Virus record (IMG/VR): IMGVR_UViG_3300031722_000022
DNA length: 64,000 nt
Strand: one strand, 5' to 3'
Source: an uncultured virus (IMG/VR IMGVR_UViG_3300031722_000022)
Lineage: Duplodnaviria; Heunggongvirae; Uroviricota; Caudoviricetes
Both the position numbers and the translations under genes were made by a program. Every line of letters starts with the position of its first letter. Position 1 is the first letter of the stretch. Below, piece after piece: positions 36,194-47,313 of the stretch. A model generated the notes under the pieces. It was given only the letters and a program-made list of their open reading frames with translations, did not search any database and was not told where the DNA came from.

Positions 36194-36586
36194 ATGCTTT
36201 CTAGTCTCTATAGAATGGTCTACGGTATCCTTGCAAGAGAAGGCGCTACAGCCACACTTACGCAACTTGGAGCCACAGGCACCTATGACCCAACTACATC
36301 GTCCTACACGCCTGCTACGCCAGTTACAACCACTGTTAAAGTTGTCCTACTAGACTACTCTGCTACAACTAGCGGACTAACTACTAGAGATGGATGCCTA
36401 ATTGAAGACGGCGATAAACAATGTTATATGGATGCAAAAACTAATGGTGTTGACCTCACAGTTAAGCCCTCCCCTGCTGGGGATACAATTACTGTTGCTG
36501 GCGTAGTCTGGAGGATTATGGGTGTTAAAGAGTATAACCCTTCGGGTAGTTATACAATTATGTACGACCTACTGCTGAGAAGCTAA
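36194..36586 (+). CDS. head closure protein
   Basis: GTYDPTT...IEDGDK...GDTI...W...YDLLLR. Confidence 0.7.
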   Translation: MLSSLYRMVYGILAREGATATLTQLGATGTYDPTTSSYTPATPVTTTVKVVLLDYSATTSGLTTRDGCLIEDGDKQCYMDAKTNGVDLTVKPSPAGDTITVAGVVWRIMGVKEYNPSGSYTIMYDLLLRS

Positions 36587-36587
36587 T

Positions 36588-37022
36588 ATGGCCTCAGATT
36601 TCTTTAGTGACATAAAATTGTGGACAGAAGAGGCTACCACAGAAGTAGCCGCAGAAGTTGCAGCCACAACAAGAACAATTTTCACCATGGTCATAGATAG
36701 ATCACCAAAATTGACTGGTCGATTCTTAAATAATTGGCATGTTGGGCCAACAGATGTTAATTACTCTGTAATGGGGGTGTCCGATTGGGATGCAAAAATT
36801 GCGGAGATTAACGCAACAATCACCGCAGATTATTTCCTAACTCACAAACAAGCCTACTTAGTCAATAATGTATTCTACGCAGATAAAGTTGAGTATGGCT
36901 GGCCAGGTGGTCGGATGGGATATGCCCCTGTGGGAGACACTATTATGAAACTAGCAAAGATTGGCGATGGCTCTGCTCCAGTTGGACAAACACTTGGGGC
37001 TATTATGGGAGGGATTGTTTAA
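36588..37022 (+). CDS. neck protein (HK97 gp10-like)
   Basis: SPKLTGRFLNNW...NNVFYADKVEYG. Confidence 0.75.
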   Translation: MASDFFSDIKLWTEEATTEVAAEVAATTRTIFTMVIDRSPKLTGRFLNNWHVGPTDVNYSVMGVSDWDAKIAEINATITADYFLTHKQAYLVNNVFYADKVEYGWPGGRMGYAPVGDTIMKLAKIGDGSAPVGQTLGAIMGGIV

Positions 37023-37438
37023 TGTCTCAGTTAAATGTGCGTAATGCCTTGGAGACTAAACTAAAAGAATTTGCGCAATCAAAGAGTGTTGGCGTGTGTT
37101 GGGAGAATATAAAATTTATACCAACAGACCCTAAATTTCTAAGAGCAACAATATTTCCTTCTCCAACACAAGACCCCTCCTTTGGTAATAGGCATCGTCG
37201 TTACTTCGGATTGCTTAGAGTGACATATTATACTAAGGACTTCAATAGTGGAATGGGATCAACTATAGCATTTGTTGATAGCCTAGTAGATTATTTTCCA
37301 AGGGGTTTGCAAGTTACAGCGGGAACTCTTACTACCAACATAACTAACACCGCAAGTGTGACTATGCCTGGATATGAAGGTGCCTACATGTTTATTGTTG
37401 TAGACATCCCCTACCGAGCAGATGAGATTTCTGCATAG
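37022..37438 (+). CDS. tail terminator (DUF4128-like)
   Basis: WENIKF.P...G...YFPRG...VDIPYRA. Confidence 0.7.
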   Translation: MSQLNVRNALETKLKEFAQSKSVGVCWENIKFIPTDPKFLRATIFPSPTQDPSFGNRHRRYFGLLRVTYYTKDFNSGMGSTIAFVDSLVDYFPRGLQVTAGTLTTNITNTASVTMPGYEGAYMFIVVDIPYRADEISA

Positions 37439-37472
37439 CAATATCTTAATAATAATAAATTCTCTCACAGCC

Positions 37473-37501
37473 TTGACATACTGTTAAAGTTGTGGTATAA
37501 T
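37473..37501 (+). promoter_or_regulatory. consensus sigma70 promoter
   Basis: TTGACA-17-TATAAT. Confidence 0.8.
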
Positions 37502-37528
37502 TGTTGTATAACAATTGAAGAGGATGCC

Positions 37529-38224
37529 ATGACAAAACGTAAAGACTATGCCGGTAATAAATATGGCCGACTCACAGCAAAAGAGTTTTCTCATTCAGAG
37601 AATGGCACGACATTCTGGGTATTCGTTTGTGAGTGTGGAACAGAGGTTACGCGTAGAGTTAATAATGTAACCTCTGGAAATACAACAAGTTGTGGCTGCT
37701 ATAAGACAGAAGTTATGTCTGAATACGATAGAACAACCCACGGCCTTTACTACACACCGTTTTGGCATTGTTTTCATGGGGCTAGACACCGTTGTGAGAA
37801 TACCAATGACACCGACTACAAAGACTATGGTGGTCGTGGAATTAAGTTTTGTTGGGAATCCTTAGAAGAATTTGCTGGAGATTTGCAGGACACGTATTTT
37901 ACAGGCGCAACATTAGAGCGTATTGATGTAGATGGGAACTACTGCAAAGAAAACTGTAAATGGGAAACACGAAAGAAACAGGCAAGGAATAGGAGGAAAA
38001 CAAAGTCCAACACATCTGGAGTTACAGGTGTTGGCTTTAATGCAGAAGATAATAGGTGGTTTGCTCACTGGAGGTCATTAGACGGTAAGCACGAATCAAA
38101 ATCATTTTCTGCTAGGAAGTACGGTAATAACGTTGCCTTTGAACTTGCATGCGCTGCAAGAACACACGCAATTGAGAAACTTAATTCCGATGGTGCGGGA
38201 TATTCTGAAAAACATGGTTTATAA
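37529..38224 (+). CDS. HNH/AP2 homing endonuclease
   Basis: YGRLT...CECG...YGGRGI...LERIDVDGNY...NCKW...NTSGVTGV. Confidence 0.85.
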   Translation: MTKRKDYAGNKYGRLTAKEFSHSENGTTFWVFVCECGTEVTRRVNNVTSGNTTSCGCYKTEVMSEYDRTTHGLYYTPFWHCFHGARHRCENTNDTDYKDYGGRGIKFCWESLEEFAGDLQDTYFTGATLERIDVDGNYCKENCKWETRKKQARNRRKTKSNTSGVTGVGFNAEDNRWFAHWRSLDGKHESKSFSARKYGNNVAFELACAARTHAIEKLNSDGAGYSEKHGL

Positions 38225-38238
38225 CAAAAGGAAATGAT

Positions 38239-39435
38239 ATGAGCATACCTTCCGGGGTCAATAAAAGCTGCATCTATAGTAAAGAAACTGTTTGGGGTAC
38301 AGCCCCTCTTGCCAATTCAGGTAAGTACATTCGTCGTACAACTCTTGATCTTAATCTTACACGAGATAGTTTTCAGAGTGCTGAAATTAGCTCTACTGCG
38401 CAGACCTCTGATATGCGACTTGGTAGTGACAAAGTAGACGGCACACTAAATGGTGAATTGTCTCCTGGCAGCTATAGCGACTTCTTCGCGTCGCTTCTTC
38501 GCGGAACGTGGGCATCAGTTGTCACAGCTACAGCACTAACTATTGCGTCGGCAGCAACTGGCAATAAGTTGATTCGTAGCGCAGGTAGCTGGATTACCCT
38601 TGGCTTCAAAGTTGGTGACTTAGTTAATGTTAGTGGCTTTACAACTACTGCTGTTGGTAATAACAAATCTGCTCTCATTACAGTGCTTACTGCTACAGAT
38701 ATGTCGCTTGACATTAATAGTGTTACCCTTGTTACTAAAGCAGAGGGGGATAGTGTTACAGTAGCAGTTGCAGGTAAGAAGTTGATTGTTCCGCTTACCC
38801 CTTCGGGGCGTACTGACGAATCATACACTATTGAACAGTTCTATGACAACATTGGTGTTAGCCGCCTTGCTACTGGTGTGAAGATTAGCACTGCTGCTGT
38901 CAAGGTTGCACCTAATGCAATGACCACAGTCGATTTTGGACTTACTGGTAAGAATGTTGAATCCACCAGTTCTGCGTATTTTACCACGCCTACTGCTGCT
39001 TCAACTACCTCTATCTTCTCTGGTAATTCTGGTTTGCTGCTGGTTGATGGTGTTCCACAGGCAGTTGTTACAGGTCTTAATTTTACCATTACAGGTAATA
39101 CAGAGGCTGGTGTTGTTATTGGTAACCGTAATCCAGCAGCGATCTTCCTCGGTCGTGTTGGGGCAACTGGTGAATTTACTGCATACTTTACAGACGATAC
39201 TATCTTTACTAAGTTCAAGAATGAACAAGGTATCTCGCTTGTGTATAAGTTTGTTGGGGATACCAACGAGACAATGGTTATTAAGTTCCCACGAATCAAG
39301 CTCAGTGGATCGTCTGTTGACGATAAGGAAGTTGGTGGTTGTATTCAGACTATCCCATTCACTGCGTTGCTGAACAATGGCGTTGATACCACTATTGAAC
39401 AAAGCACTGTCGTTATTATTGATTCTGTAGCATAA
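38239..39435 (+). CDS. major tail tube protein
   Basis: KETVWGT...SAEI...GTLNGEL...SYTIEQ...GEFTAYF; siphovirus-type. Confidence 0.8.
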   Translation: MSIPSGVNKSCIYSKETVWGTAPLANSGKYIRRTTLDLNLTRDSFQSAEISSTAQTSDMRLGSDKVDGTLNGELSPGSYSDFFASLLRGTWASVVTATALTIASAATGNKLIRSAGSWITLGFKVGDLVNVSGFTTTAVGNNKSALITVLTATDMSLDINSVTLVTKAEGDSVTVAVAGKKLIVPLTPSGRTDESYTIEQFYDNIGVSRLATGVKISTAAVKVAPNAMTTVDFGLTGKNVESTSSAYFTTPTAASTTSIFSGNSGLLLVDGVPQAVVTGLNFTITGNTEAGVVIGNRNPAAIFLGRVGATGEFTAYFTDDTIFTKFKNEQGISLVYKFVGDTNETMVIKFPRIKLSGSSVDDKEVGGCIQTIPFTALLNNGVDTTIEQSTVVIIDSVA

Positions 39436-39439
39436 CATT

Positions 39440-39471
39440 ATAGCGGGGCATTGCCCCGCTATTTCTTTCTT
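39440..39471 (+). terminator. intrinsic terminator
   Basis: ATAGCGGGGC-ATT-GCCCCGCTAT-TTCTTT. Confidence 0.8.
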
Positions 39472-39487
39472 AACATAAGGAGTAAAC

Positions 39488-39880
39488 ATGGACTTTAAAA
39501 AGAATTTTGATACCATTTCTGCCGCTGAAAAAGGAATGGACTATGTTGTAAAAGATTTCGATGAAATTGAGACAGATGTTGTAGTTTCAATTATCGGGGT
39601 TGGTAGTCGCGTGTTTAAGCAGGCCAAGTCAAAGATTGATAACCAAGAGTCCATTTATGCTCGCAAGGGCAAGAAAATGGATGATGATGTTAGTAATGAA
39701 TTGTGGGTAGAACTTTTGGCTAAATGTACTAAGGGATGGATCAATGTTGAAGAGGGCGGAAAGCCGGTGGAATTCTCTTATGACAACGCTATTCATATGT
39801 ACACTGCGTATCCATTTCTTCGTAATCAGATTCTTGCAGCGATTCACGACGTAAAGGCAATGCTTGAGGGAAACTCCTAG
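39488..39880 (+). CDS. tail assembly chaperone (G-like)
   Basis: Between tail tube and tape measure; LAKCTKGW...FSYDNA...YPFLRNQI. Confidence 0.8.
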   Translation: MDFKKNFDTISAAEKGMDYVVKDFDEIETDVVVSIIGVGSRVFKQAKSKIDNQESIYARKGKKMDDDVSNELWVELLAKCTKGWINVEEGGKPVEFSYDNAIHMYTAYPFLRNQILAAIHDVKAMLEGNS

Positions 39881-40224
39881 AGCTACGCCACTATGCTGAA
39901 GAGACATTCAAGATTCATAAAGCAGATAAGAGTGGCGTAGCCCCAATAGTAACCTTTAATAAAGTTAAAGAGATAACCAATATTACACCTCCCGAATTAC
40001 AAGAATACCTTGACTTAGAAATGCCTGTTGAGTTTCATTCTTATTGGGAGGACTTCTTGCAACTTACCAGCAAGAGGCATTGTTCTGAGTCTGGATTCTC
40101 TCCTATAACATTTGTTGATATAGCTGCTTGGTGTAGAGTTGTTAATGTAGAGGTTAGCCAGCTGTGGTTAGATGTTATAGACGCCTTAGATCAAGTATGG
40201 CTTAGAGTGCAATCACAAAAATAA
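39488..40224 (+). CDS. frameshifted tail chaperone (GT-like)
   Basis: Slippery G GGA AAC at 39868-39874; -1 frame open through 40224 (PITFVDIAAW...IDALD). Confidence 0.85.
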
Positions 40225-40271
40225 ACAAGAATCTTGGAGATGCCTAAAGGCTTCCTTCGTAAAGGACTAAA

Positions 40272-43200
40272 ATGGACGTAAAGAAACTTAGTGTAGTTGT
40301 AGAGCAGACTGGTATTGCTCCTACAGCCAAGAATCTTGAAAGCCTTGCAAAAGCCTCCGATAACGCCGCCCCGGCTGTCGAGAGGCTTTCTTCTTCGCTA
40401 AAAGGGTTCAAATCAGTTAATATTGACTCTTTTGCTACGCAACTACAGCAATTAGCCACAGCAATTAAAGATATCAAGACAAGCACTTCAGGCATGGCAG
40501 ATATTGCTAAAAACATTGGTGGTTTATCTGTTAACCTAACTAATATTGCAAATGCTACTGATCGATTATCTGCAAAGACTAGCGATGTGTCTGCATATGT
40601 AGCACAGATTAAAGCATTACGAGTTGAACTAGAGGGAATGAAGGGTCTTAGTGTAAATATTGGTAAGGTAACAACTTCAGGCTCTAGTTCTAGTAAAGCC
40701 TCCTCTGTTGTCTCTTCAGCTAATACTGAAGCAACAGACTCTTTGACTAAGGCACAACAGCGCTTGGCAACGCAGATTGAGCGAACTGCCATGATGGTTG
40801 GCAAGCAAAAGAGCGAGTATCTTGCTCTACGTGCTGCCCAAGAGGGCATTACAGATATCACAGCAAAACATATTACAACTATTGCATCTGCTGAAAAGAC
40901 TACTGGTAAATATGTAATGTCAACAAGGGAACTAAATGCGGCAATGCGCATGGTTCCTGCACAGTTTACAGATATTGCAACACAGTTGGCGGGTGGACAG
41001 AGTCCTATGCTTATTATGTTGCAACAAGGTGGACAGTTGAAGGACATGTTTCATGGGCTAGGGCCAATGCTGAAGAATGTTGGCGGGATGGTGCTTAATT
41101 TTATAGTTAGTCCATTTACTCTTGCCATAGGAGCAATTGCAGGAGTCGTATACGCACTTTATACAAGTCAGTCTGAACTGTCTGCATTTAATAAAGTAAT
41201 GACTACTACTAATGGAATCTCTGGTATGTCTACAGAGAATTTCTATAAGATGAGAGATTCAATTTCATCAGTTGCAGGAACGCAAGGAAAGGCATCCGAT
41301 GCATTGCTTGCAATTGCTGGAAGCAGTAAGTTAGCAGGACTTAATGTGGAATCCATTGGCATAGCTGCCGTTAAGATGGAGGCATTAACGGGCCAGTCGG
41401 TTGAGGATACAGTAAAGCAGTTTGAGTCTCTTGGAGAAAAGCCATCAGAGGCAATATTAAAATTAAATGATAAGTATCATTTCTTAACAGCATCTACTTA
41501 CGACAATATTACAGCCTTGGAAAAACAGGGCAATATGTTTGGGGCTACAAAAGCAGCGGCGCAAGCCTTTCAAGACGCTATTGATAAAATGACTACAGAA
41601 TCAATTGCTAAGGCAGGCTATATTGAGCGCAGTTGGTACGCCATCAAGAAGGCAATCGTTGGTGCAAAGGATGCAGCCCTTTCTTGGGGATCAGACGATC
41701 CCAATAAGCCTATTGCAGCACTAGATAGAACTATTGCTAATATTCAGAAAAATATTAGTGAGATGAAAAGAACAGGTTCTGTAGAGTTATTTGGAGTTGG
41801 ATTGAATGAAAGTGAATCTCAATTAGCCTCTCTTATGAAACAACGAGAGCAGTTGAGAATTAACCTGTCAACCCAAACGTCTATGGTTAAGGCGCAGTCT
41901 GATGAAGTAAAAGAAGCCGAGAGAGCTAATAAATCACGCTCAGAGTTTGGCAAGATTACAGAATCAAACATGTCCAAAGAGGCAAAGAAGCTAAAAGAAA
42001 TAAATGATCTTAAGAAGTCATATGAAGGACTTGGTAATAAAACCTCTCAAGACAAAACAGACTATCAAGCAAATTTAGAAGCTATCAACGAAAAGTATAA
42101 AGACAAGTCTACCTCTGGAGCTAAGAATGACATGGCCCAGATTTATTCTGCTCGTATAGCTGAAGCCAAAGATTATTCAGAAACACAAATTAAGATTGTT
42201 AAGGATAGGCTCACAGAGCAGAAAATTACAGAAGAAACAGCAGCTAGTGATATTCTTATTCTTCAAACACAGTCCTCTGATAAGCGTGTAAAACTTCTTG
42301 AGGAGCAATACAGCAAGACTAAGGATATTGGAGACAAGGCAAAAATTAACGAAGGTATTAAGGCTGCTCTTAATGAGTCAGAAAAAGCATGGGCAGATTA
42401 TACAGCAGCTTTAGCTAAAATGTCTAAAGAGTATCAATCATACCAGAACAGTGTTGTTGGCAATGCATCAAAAGTTGCAGATAAGCTTGAAGAAGAAAAT
42501 GATGCTATTCGCCTACAGATTGATAATCTGGGAGTTAGTGAAGCACAGCAAGGTAGGAATGAGGCCCAGAAGCTCAGGGTGGCCGCTGCTGCTGATTACG
42601 CTGCTGCGGCAATACTACGAGAGGCGTATGCCATTAGAGAGGCTACAGGGGCCTCTATGGAGGCTATTAGCCACTATCCTGCCCTTGCAGATGCTATAGA
42701 AAAAACTGGTGATAAGATCACAGCACAGGCTGACCTTCGTTTAGAAAAAGGAATGAAGGAAAACCAAGCAGAGATAGAAAAGGGCTGGAAGAAGACAAAC
42801 GAAAAGATTTCTGACAATATCACGGATGCTTTAATGAAGGGGTTTGAAAAAGGAAAGACGCTTGCTCAGAATTTCCGTGATACCCTTACAAATATGTTTA
42901 AAACGCTTGTGTTGCGACCAACTGTTCAAGCAATTGTTACAGGAGGTATGGGGCTAGTTGGTATGTCTACTGCACAAGCAGCAGGATCAACGGCGTCTAC
43001 TGTTGGTGGTATTGGTAATATTGCTTCTATGGGGAATAGTGCTTGGGGAGCTTATACAGGTGGAATCGGATCGGCATATGGAGCTTTTGCTAACTCAAGT
43101 GTTGGGGCAGGATTAGGGCTGTCTACTGCACAAGCAGCAGGGTATATGGCCCCTGTGTACGGCGAAGGTGGGGCATTGCTGTCAGCAGGCACAGGGACTG

Positions 43201-45401
43201 CTGCTGGTGGATTGACAGGGGCTGGTGCAACGATTGGGGCAGCCCTCCCTTATGTTGGAGCAGCCTTAGCTGCTGTAACTCTTATTACTAGCCTAATGAA
43301 AAAAGGCGGAGGCCCGAAGACAGAAGGTGATGCCTACGCAACACTATCAAATAGTGGAATCTCATCATTGTCTACACAAGATGCAAAAGGTAATAACTAC
43401 ATCACAGGAACAGGTAGCAATAATATTGTAGAGAGCCTTGTAACTCCGATTGGTAAATCTGTAGCAAGTTTAATTACTAGTCTTGGTGGAAATGCTGCCG
43501 GTATTGGCCTGAACTTGGGTTTTAGTACTGATCCTAAAGGTACAGCTAAAGACAATATCCAATCTGGTGTTATGGATGCTCAAGGTAATTATGTTTACCG
43601 TAATGGTAGAAATGCCGAGAGGGGCACATATGATACAGAGTTGCAACTAGAAACACAAAGAATGTTAGTGGCTGCAGTTAAAGCTTCTGATGTTTCTCAA
43701 GTGTATAAAGATGTAGCAAATAGTGTTGATTTATACACTGCCAGTGCTGAAGAATTGCAAACTGTGCTGTCTAATCTAACAGCGATCACCACATTAAGAA
43801 CAGCCTTTGATACACTTGGTTTTGGTGCAGATAAGCTTTCTACATCATTAATCACTGCCGCTGGTGGTGCTGAAACTCTTAATACCAATCTTAACAGCTA
43901 CTATGATAATTATTATTCTACTGCTGAGAAGAATGCAAACATAACGAAGCAGGTAACTAAGGCTCTTAATGATGTTGGTGTTGCAATGCCTGCTAGTAAA
44001 GCAGCATTCCGAAGTGTCGTAGAAGGATTGGATTTAACAACTTCATCTGGGCAGGCTGCTTTTGCAGCAATGATGTCTGTCTCTGCTTCGTTCTCATCGC
44101 TTATTGATTCAGCAGCAACTGTAAAACAAGCCGCAGACGAAGCCGCGAAAACTTCTGCTGACCTACTAGCAACACGTATTAAGGCTTCTTATGATCTGGT
44201 TGATGCTGCATATTCTAAGTTGGAAGACTCGGTTACAGCACAGAAGAAAACATTGCAGGATGCTTATGAGATACAAGCAGCTATTTACAAAAGTTCTATA
44301 GAGGCTGCAACAGCAACAAAAGAAACATTAACAAGTTTAAACGATGCACTTGAGACAGCAGTAAAGACAGTAGAGTTGGAAAGTGATACAAAGCTTGCAT
44401 TGCTTCGTGCCGAAGCACAGGCTGCACTTAACACTGCATTAACTGCGTCAAAAAGTGGTTCATCATTAACCGCCTATAGTGAGAGTATTTCTACAGCTAT
44501 TGAGGATCTGTCGAAGCCGTCCGAGCAACTATACTCTAGTTTTGAGGATTATGCAAGGGATCAAGGCAGAGCTAGTGCAACACTCTCGGCACTCAAGACG
44601 GTTGCAGGATCACAGAAGAGTCTTGCTGAACAAACGCTTAATGAAATAACTAATGCAGCAGACTTAGCTGAGTTACAGAACAATAGGGCACAAGACGCTT
44701 TAGATAAGATTTTAACAGATGCTACTGCTCAGATTAATGAGTTGAAAGGTATTAACACAAGTGTCTTATCCGTTGCAGCAGCAATTGCAAATCTTGGCTC
44801 TGTTATTGCTATGTCTAAAGCAGTAGGTGGGGGGTTAGGTGGCAGCATCTCCCAAGCAGGAACAATGGGTGCAGCAGCAGGCTACTCTACAAATGATGCC
44901 GGAGTTATCACACAGAAGTTTAGTGGCTCTTGGGATCAAAGTCTAGTTAAGGACACATGGGCTGCTAATCCTGGTGCTTATGCAGCCGTATATCAGTCAG
45001 CAGCACTTAATGGGCAATCTCTTGCAACTCTTGACACAATCTTTGGGCAACCTGCCGGAACAGCCGCAGCAGCGGCAGACAAGTATGGTCTTACAAAGTT
45101 TGCTGTTGGCACAAATTATGTTCCAGAGGATATGCTTGCAATGGTGCACAAGGGCGAACGCATTACGCCTGCTGGGGATAATAAGCAACTAATAGGGCGG
45201 TTATCTACTCCGTCAAATAAGAGTGAATCGTTTAATGCTGAAGCTTTGTTGACAACGATGGAAGCCATGAAGCAGGAAATGGTTATGCTTCGTTTTGAAG
45301 CAAGAGCAATTGTTGTCAATACAAGCGAAAATGTAAAACTTATCAAGAGAGTAATGCCAGATGGCGATGCTATTTCTACTAGGGAGGCTGCACCAGTATG
45401 A
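40272..45401 (+). CDS. tape measure protein
   Basis: 1709 aa Ala-rich; QFTDIATQLAGGQSPMLIMLQQGGQLKD; C-terminal FAVGTNYVP...VHKGERITP. Confidence 0.93.
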   Translation: MDVKKLSVVVEQTGIAPTAKNLESLAKASDNAAPAVERLSSSLKGFKSVNIDSFATQLQQLATAIKDIKTSTSGMADIAKNIGGLSVNLTNIANATDRLSAKTSDVSAYVAQIKALRVELEGMKGLSVNIGKVTTSGSSSSKASSVVSSANTEATDSLTKAQQRLATQIERTAMMVGKQKSEYLALRAAQEGITDITAKHITTIASAEKTTGKYVMSTRELNAAMRMVPAQFTDIATQLAGGQSPMLIMLQQGGQLKDMFHGLGPMLKNVGGMVLNFIVSPFTLAIGAIAGVVYALYTSQSELSAFNKVMTTTNGISGMSTENFYKMRDSISSVAGTQGKASDALLAIAGSSKLAGLNVESIGIAAVKMEALTGQSVEDTVKQFESLGEKPSEAILKLNDKYHFLTASTYDNITALEKQGNMFGATKAAAQAFQDAIDKMTTESIAKAGYIERSWYAIKKAIVGAKDAALSWGSDDPNKPIAALDRTIANIQKNISEMKRTGSVELFGVGLNESESQLASLMKQREQLRINLSTQTSMVKAQSDEVKEAERANKSRSEFGKITESNMSKEAKKLKEINDLKKSYEGLGNKTSQDKTDYQANLEAINEKYKDKSTSGAKNDMAQIYSARIAEAKDYSETQIKIVKDRLTEQKITEETAASDILILQTQSSDKRVKLLEEQYSKTKDIGDKAKINEGIKAALNESEKAWADYTAALAKMSKEYQSYQNSVVGNASKVADKLEEENDAIRLQIDNLGVSEAQQGRNEAQKLRVAAAADYAAAAILREAYAIREATGASMEAISHYPALADAIEKTGDKITAQADLRLEKGMKENQAEIEKGWKKTNEKISDNITDALMKGFEKGKTLAQNFRDTLTNMFKTLVLRPTVQAIVTGGMGLVGMSTAQAAGSTASTVGGIGNIASMGNSAWGAYTGGIGSAYGAFANSSVGAGLGLSTAQAAGYMAPVYGEGGALLSAGTGTAAGGLTGAGATIGAALPYVGAALAAVTLITSLMKKGGGPKTEGDAYATLSNSGISSLSTQDAKGNNYITGTGSNNIVESLVTPIGKSVASLITSLGGNAAGIGLNLGFSTDPKGTAKDNIQSGVMDAQGNYVYRNGRNAERGTYDTELQLETQRMLVAAVKASDVSQVYKDVANSVDLYTASAEELQTVLSNLTAITTLRTAFDTLGFGADKLSTSLITAAGGAETLNTNLNSYYDNYYSTAEKNANITKQVTKALNDVGVAMPASKAAFRSVVEGLDLTTSSGQAAFAAMMSVSASFSSLIDSAATVKQAADEAAKTSADLLATRIKASYDLVDAAYSKLEDSVTAQKKTLQDAYEIQAAIYKSSIEAATATKETLTSLNDALETAVKTVELESDTKLALLRAEAQAALNTALTASKSGSSLTAYSESISTAIEDLSKPSEQLYSSFEDYARDQGRASATLSALKTVAGSQKSLAEQTLNEITNAADLAELQNNRAQDALDKILTDATAQINELKGINTSVLSVAAAIANLGSVIAMSKAVGGGLGGSISQAGTMGAAAGYSTNDAGVITQKFSGSWDQSLVKDTWAANPGAYAAVYQSAALNGQSLATLDTIFGQPAGTAAAAADKYGLTKFAVGTNYVPEDMLAMVHKGERITPAGDNKQLIGRLSTPSNKSESFNAEALLTTMEAMKQEMVMLRFEARAIVVNTSENVKLIKRVMPDGDAISTREAAPV

Positions 45402-46312
45402 TTGAACTGTCAACAAAGGTAATAAGCCCTATAGCATTAACAGATGCAATATTAATCTCTAGCACCGCCCCAGAAACAGATTATGCTGTCTGGGCCGCTG
45501 CAACTGCTTATACACTAGGGCAGAAATGTATCAGAGTTTCAACACATAGGATATACGAGAGACTTATCGCAGGAACAACTGCTACTCCTCCTGAAACAGA
45601 CCCAACTAATTGGCTAGATATTGGCCCAACAAACCGTTGGGCCATGTTTGACAATGTTGTTGGAACTGCTACAACAATTACTACTCCTTTAACAGTTGTG
45701 CTTAAACCAGGAAGTATCTCTGGTTTAGCACTTCTAGAATTGGTAGGCAAGACCGCAACAATAACAATGAAGGAGTCTACAGGGGGGGCTGTAGCATACA
45801 ACAAGGTCGTAACTCTGGATGGAACAATCATTACAAGTTTTTACGACTGGTTTTACACTCCGTATGCCCAAGAAGAATCAGTAGCCCTTACAGACTTGCC
45901 GTTTCATTTTCCTAATTGTGAATTAACAGTCTCAATATCCTCTACATCTGGTAGTGTTTCTTGTGGCGTGTGTAAATTTGGAGAGGTCATAGGGATTGGT
46001 GCAACAGAATATGGAGCTACTTCTGGTGCTATTGATTATAGCGTAAAAACAGTTGATGCCTTTGGGAGATATACAATTGTTAAGCGCGGCTACTCTAAGA
46101 AAATGTCTCTTAAGGTAATCACTGAACAAGTTGATTATCCTCGTATCTCGCGTGCCCTTGCCGATTTACGCGCCACGCCTGCTGTTTGGATTGCTACAGA
46201 TGTTTATGGGTATGAGCCTTTGACAGTATACGGCTTTTACAAAGAGTTTTCCATAGAAGTGGCCTACCCAACAATGAATTACTGCTCACTTGAAATTGAA
46301 GGATTAATATGA
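45398..46312 (+). CDS. tail tip/baseplate protein
   Basis: Follows tape measure gene; WLDIGPTNRWAMFD, DYSVKTVDAFG, CSLEIEGLI. Confidence 0.65.
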   Translation: MIELSTKVISPIALTDAILISSTAPETDYAVWAAATAYTLGQKCIRVSTHRIYERLIAGTTATPPETDPTNWLDIGPTNRWAMFDNVVGTATTITTPLTVVLKPGSISGLALLELVGKTATITMKESTGGAVAYNKVVTLDGTIITSFYDWFYTPYAQEESVALTDLPFHFPNCELTVSISSTSGSVSCGVCKFGEVIGIGATEYGATSGAIDYSVKTVDAFGRYTIVKRGYSKKMSLKVITEQVDYPRISRALADLRATPAVWIATDVYGYEPLTVYGFYKEFSIEVAYPTMNYCSLEIEGLI

Positions 46313-47313
46313 CAATTGCCACACTTCCATCCTTAGACAGAACATCACCTACATTTAAAACTGATGTAGATACGTTCTTCGCAACACAGTTGCCAACATT
46401 CTCTACAGACATAAATGCTCTACAGGTGGACGTCTCAGCTAAACAAGCAATAGCTACTAATGCGGCCAACACTGCTACAACACAGGCAGGTATAGCCACT
46501 ACGCAAGCGGGTTTGGCTACAACTAATGGGGCTGCTCAAGTATCGCTTGCAACAGTGCAAGCTAACAATGCACAAGGCTCAGCATATGCCGCAGCAGCAA
46601 GCGCAGCAAGCGCCTTAAACGCGCCAGGAACATCCGCAACAAGCACTACCAGTTTGCCTATTAGTTTAGGGAGTCACTCACTAACTATCCAAACAGGGAA
46701 GGCATATGCTGTTGGGCAGTTTGTTGTTATAGCAAATACTCCTACACCAAGTAATTATATGTTTGGGCAGATTACTTCATTTACTAGTGGAACTGGAGCC
46801 TTGGTTGTAAGTGTATCTACTATAAGTGGAAGCGGAACATTTACGGATTGGACAGTTGCATTATCTGCGGTGGCAAGTAATACGGGAGCAAGTTTAGGCA
46901 CAAATACATTTACTGGTGCTCAAATCTACTCTGACCAGCAACTAAGCAGAGGGTTGATTAAAGATTTTGGTTATGTATTCCTTGACAAAGGAAACTCTGG
47001 AACTACTAATCAAGTAATTGACTATACAGCAGGGAGCCACCAAAAGATCACTGTAACAGGAAGCCACATTATTAGTACAACTAATTGGCCCCCAAGTGGG
47101 AATCTTGGGGATGTTCTATTAGAACTTACTAATGCAGGATCGGCCACTTTGACATTTTCTCTTGGGACAACTACCAATTGGATTAAATCTGATGGTAGCT
47201 ATAGTACAACATTTGCAGGGGCGGGTGTCACATTGCAAACATCTGGAACAGACTGGATTTGTATGTGGACAAGAGATGCTGGTGTTACTGTGTTTGTAAA
47301 GGTGATTAGATAA
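46309..47313 (+). CDS. tail fibre-like protein
   Basis: Ala/Thr coiled coil, ATSTTSLPISLG...NYMFGQITSF. Confidence 0.65.
   Translation: MTIATLPSLDRTSPTFKTDVDTFFATQLPTFSTDINALQVDVSAKQAIATNAANTATTQAGIATTQAGLATTNGAAQVSLATVQANNAQGSAYAAAASAASALNAPGTSATSTTSLPISLGSHSLTIQTGKAYAVGQFVVIANTPTPSNYMFGQITSFTSGTGALVVSVSTISGSGTFTDWTVALSAVASNTGASLGTNTFTGAQIYSDQQLSRGLIKDFGYVFLDKGNSGTTNQVIDYTAGSHQKITVTGSHIISTTNWPPSGNLGDVLLELTNAGSATLTFSLGTTTNWIKSDGSYSTTFAGAGVTLQTSGTDWICMWTRDAGVTVFVKVIR

Noticed and set aside
23791..38224. Endonuclease genes as intron-encoded ORFs
   Set aside because: Neighbouring terL, portal, capsid and tail genes read as complete and there is no room for ribozyme cores.
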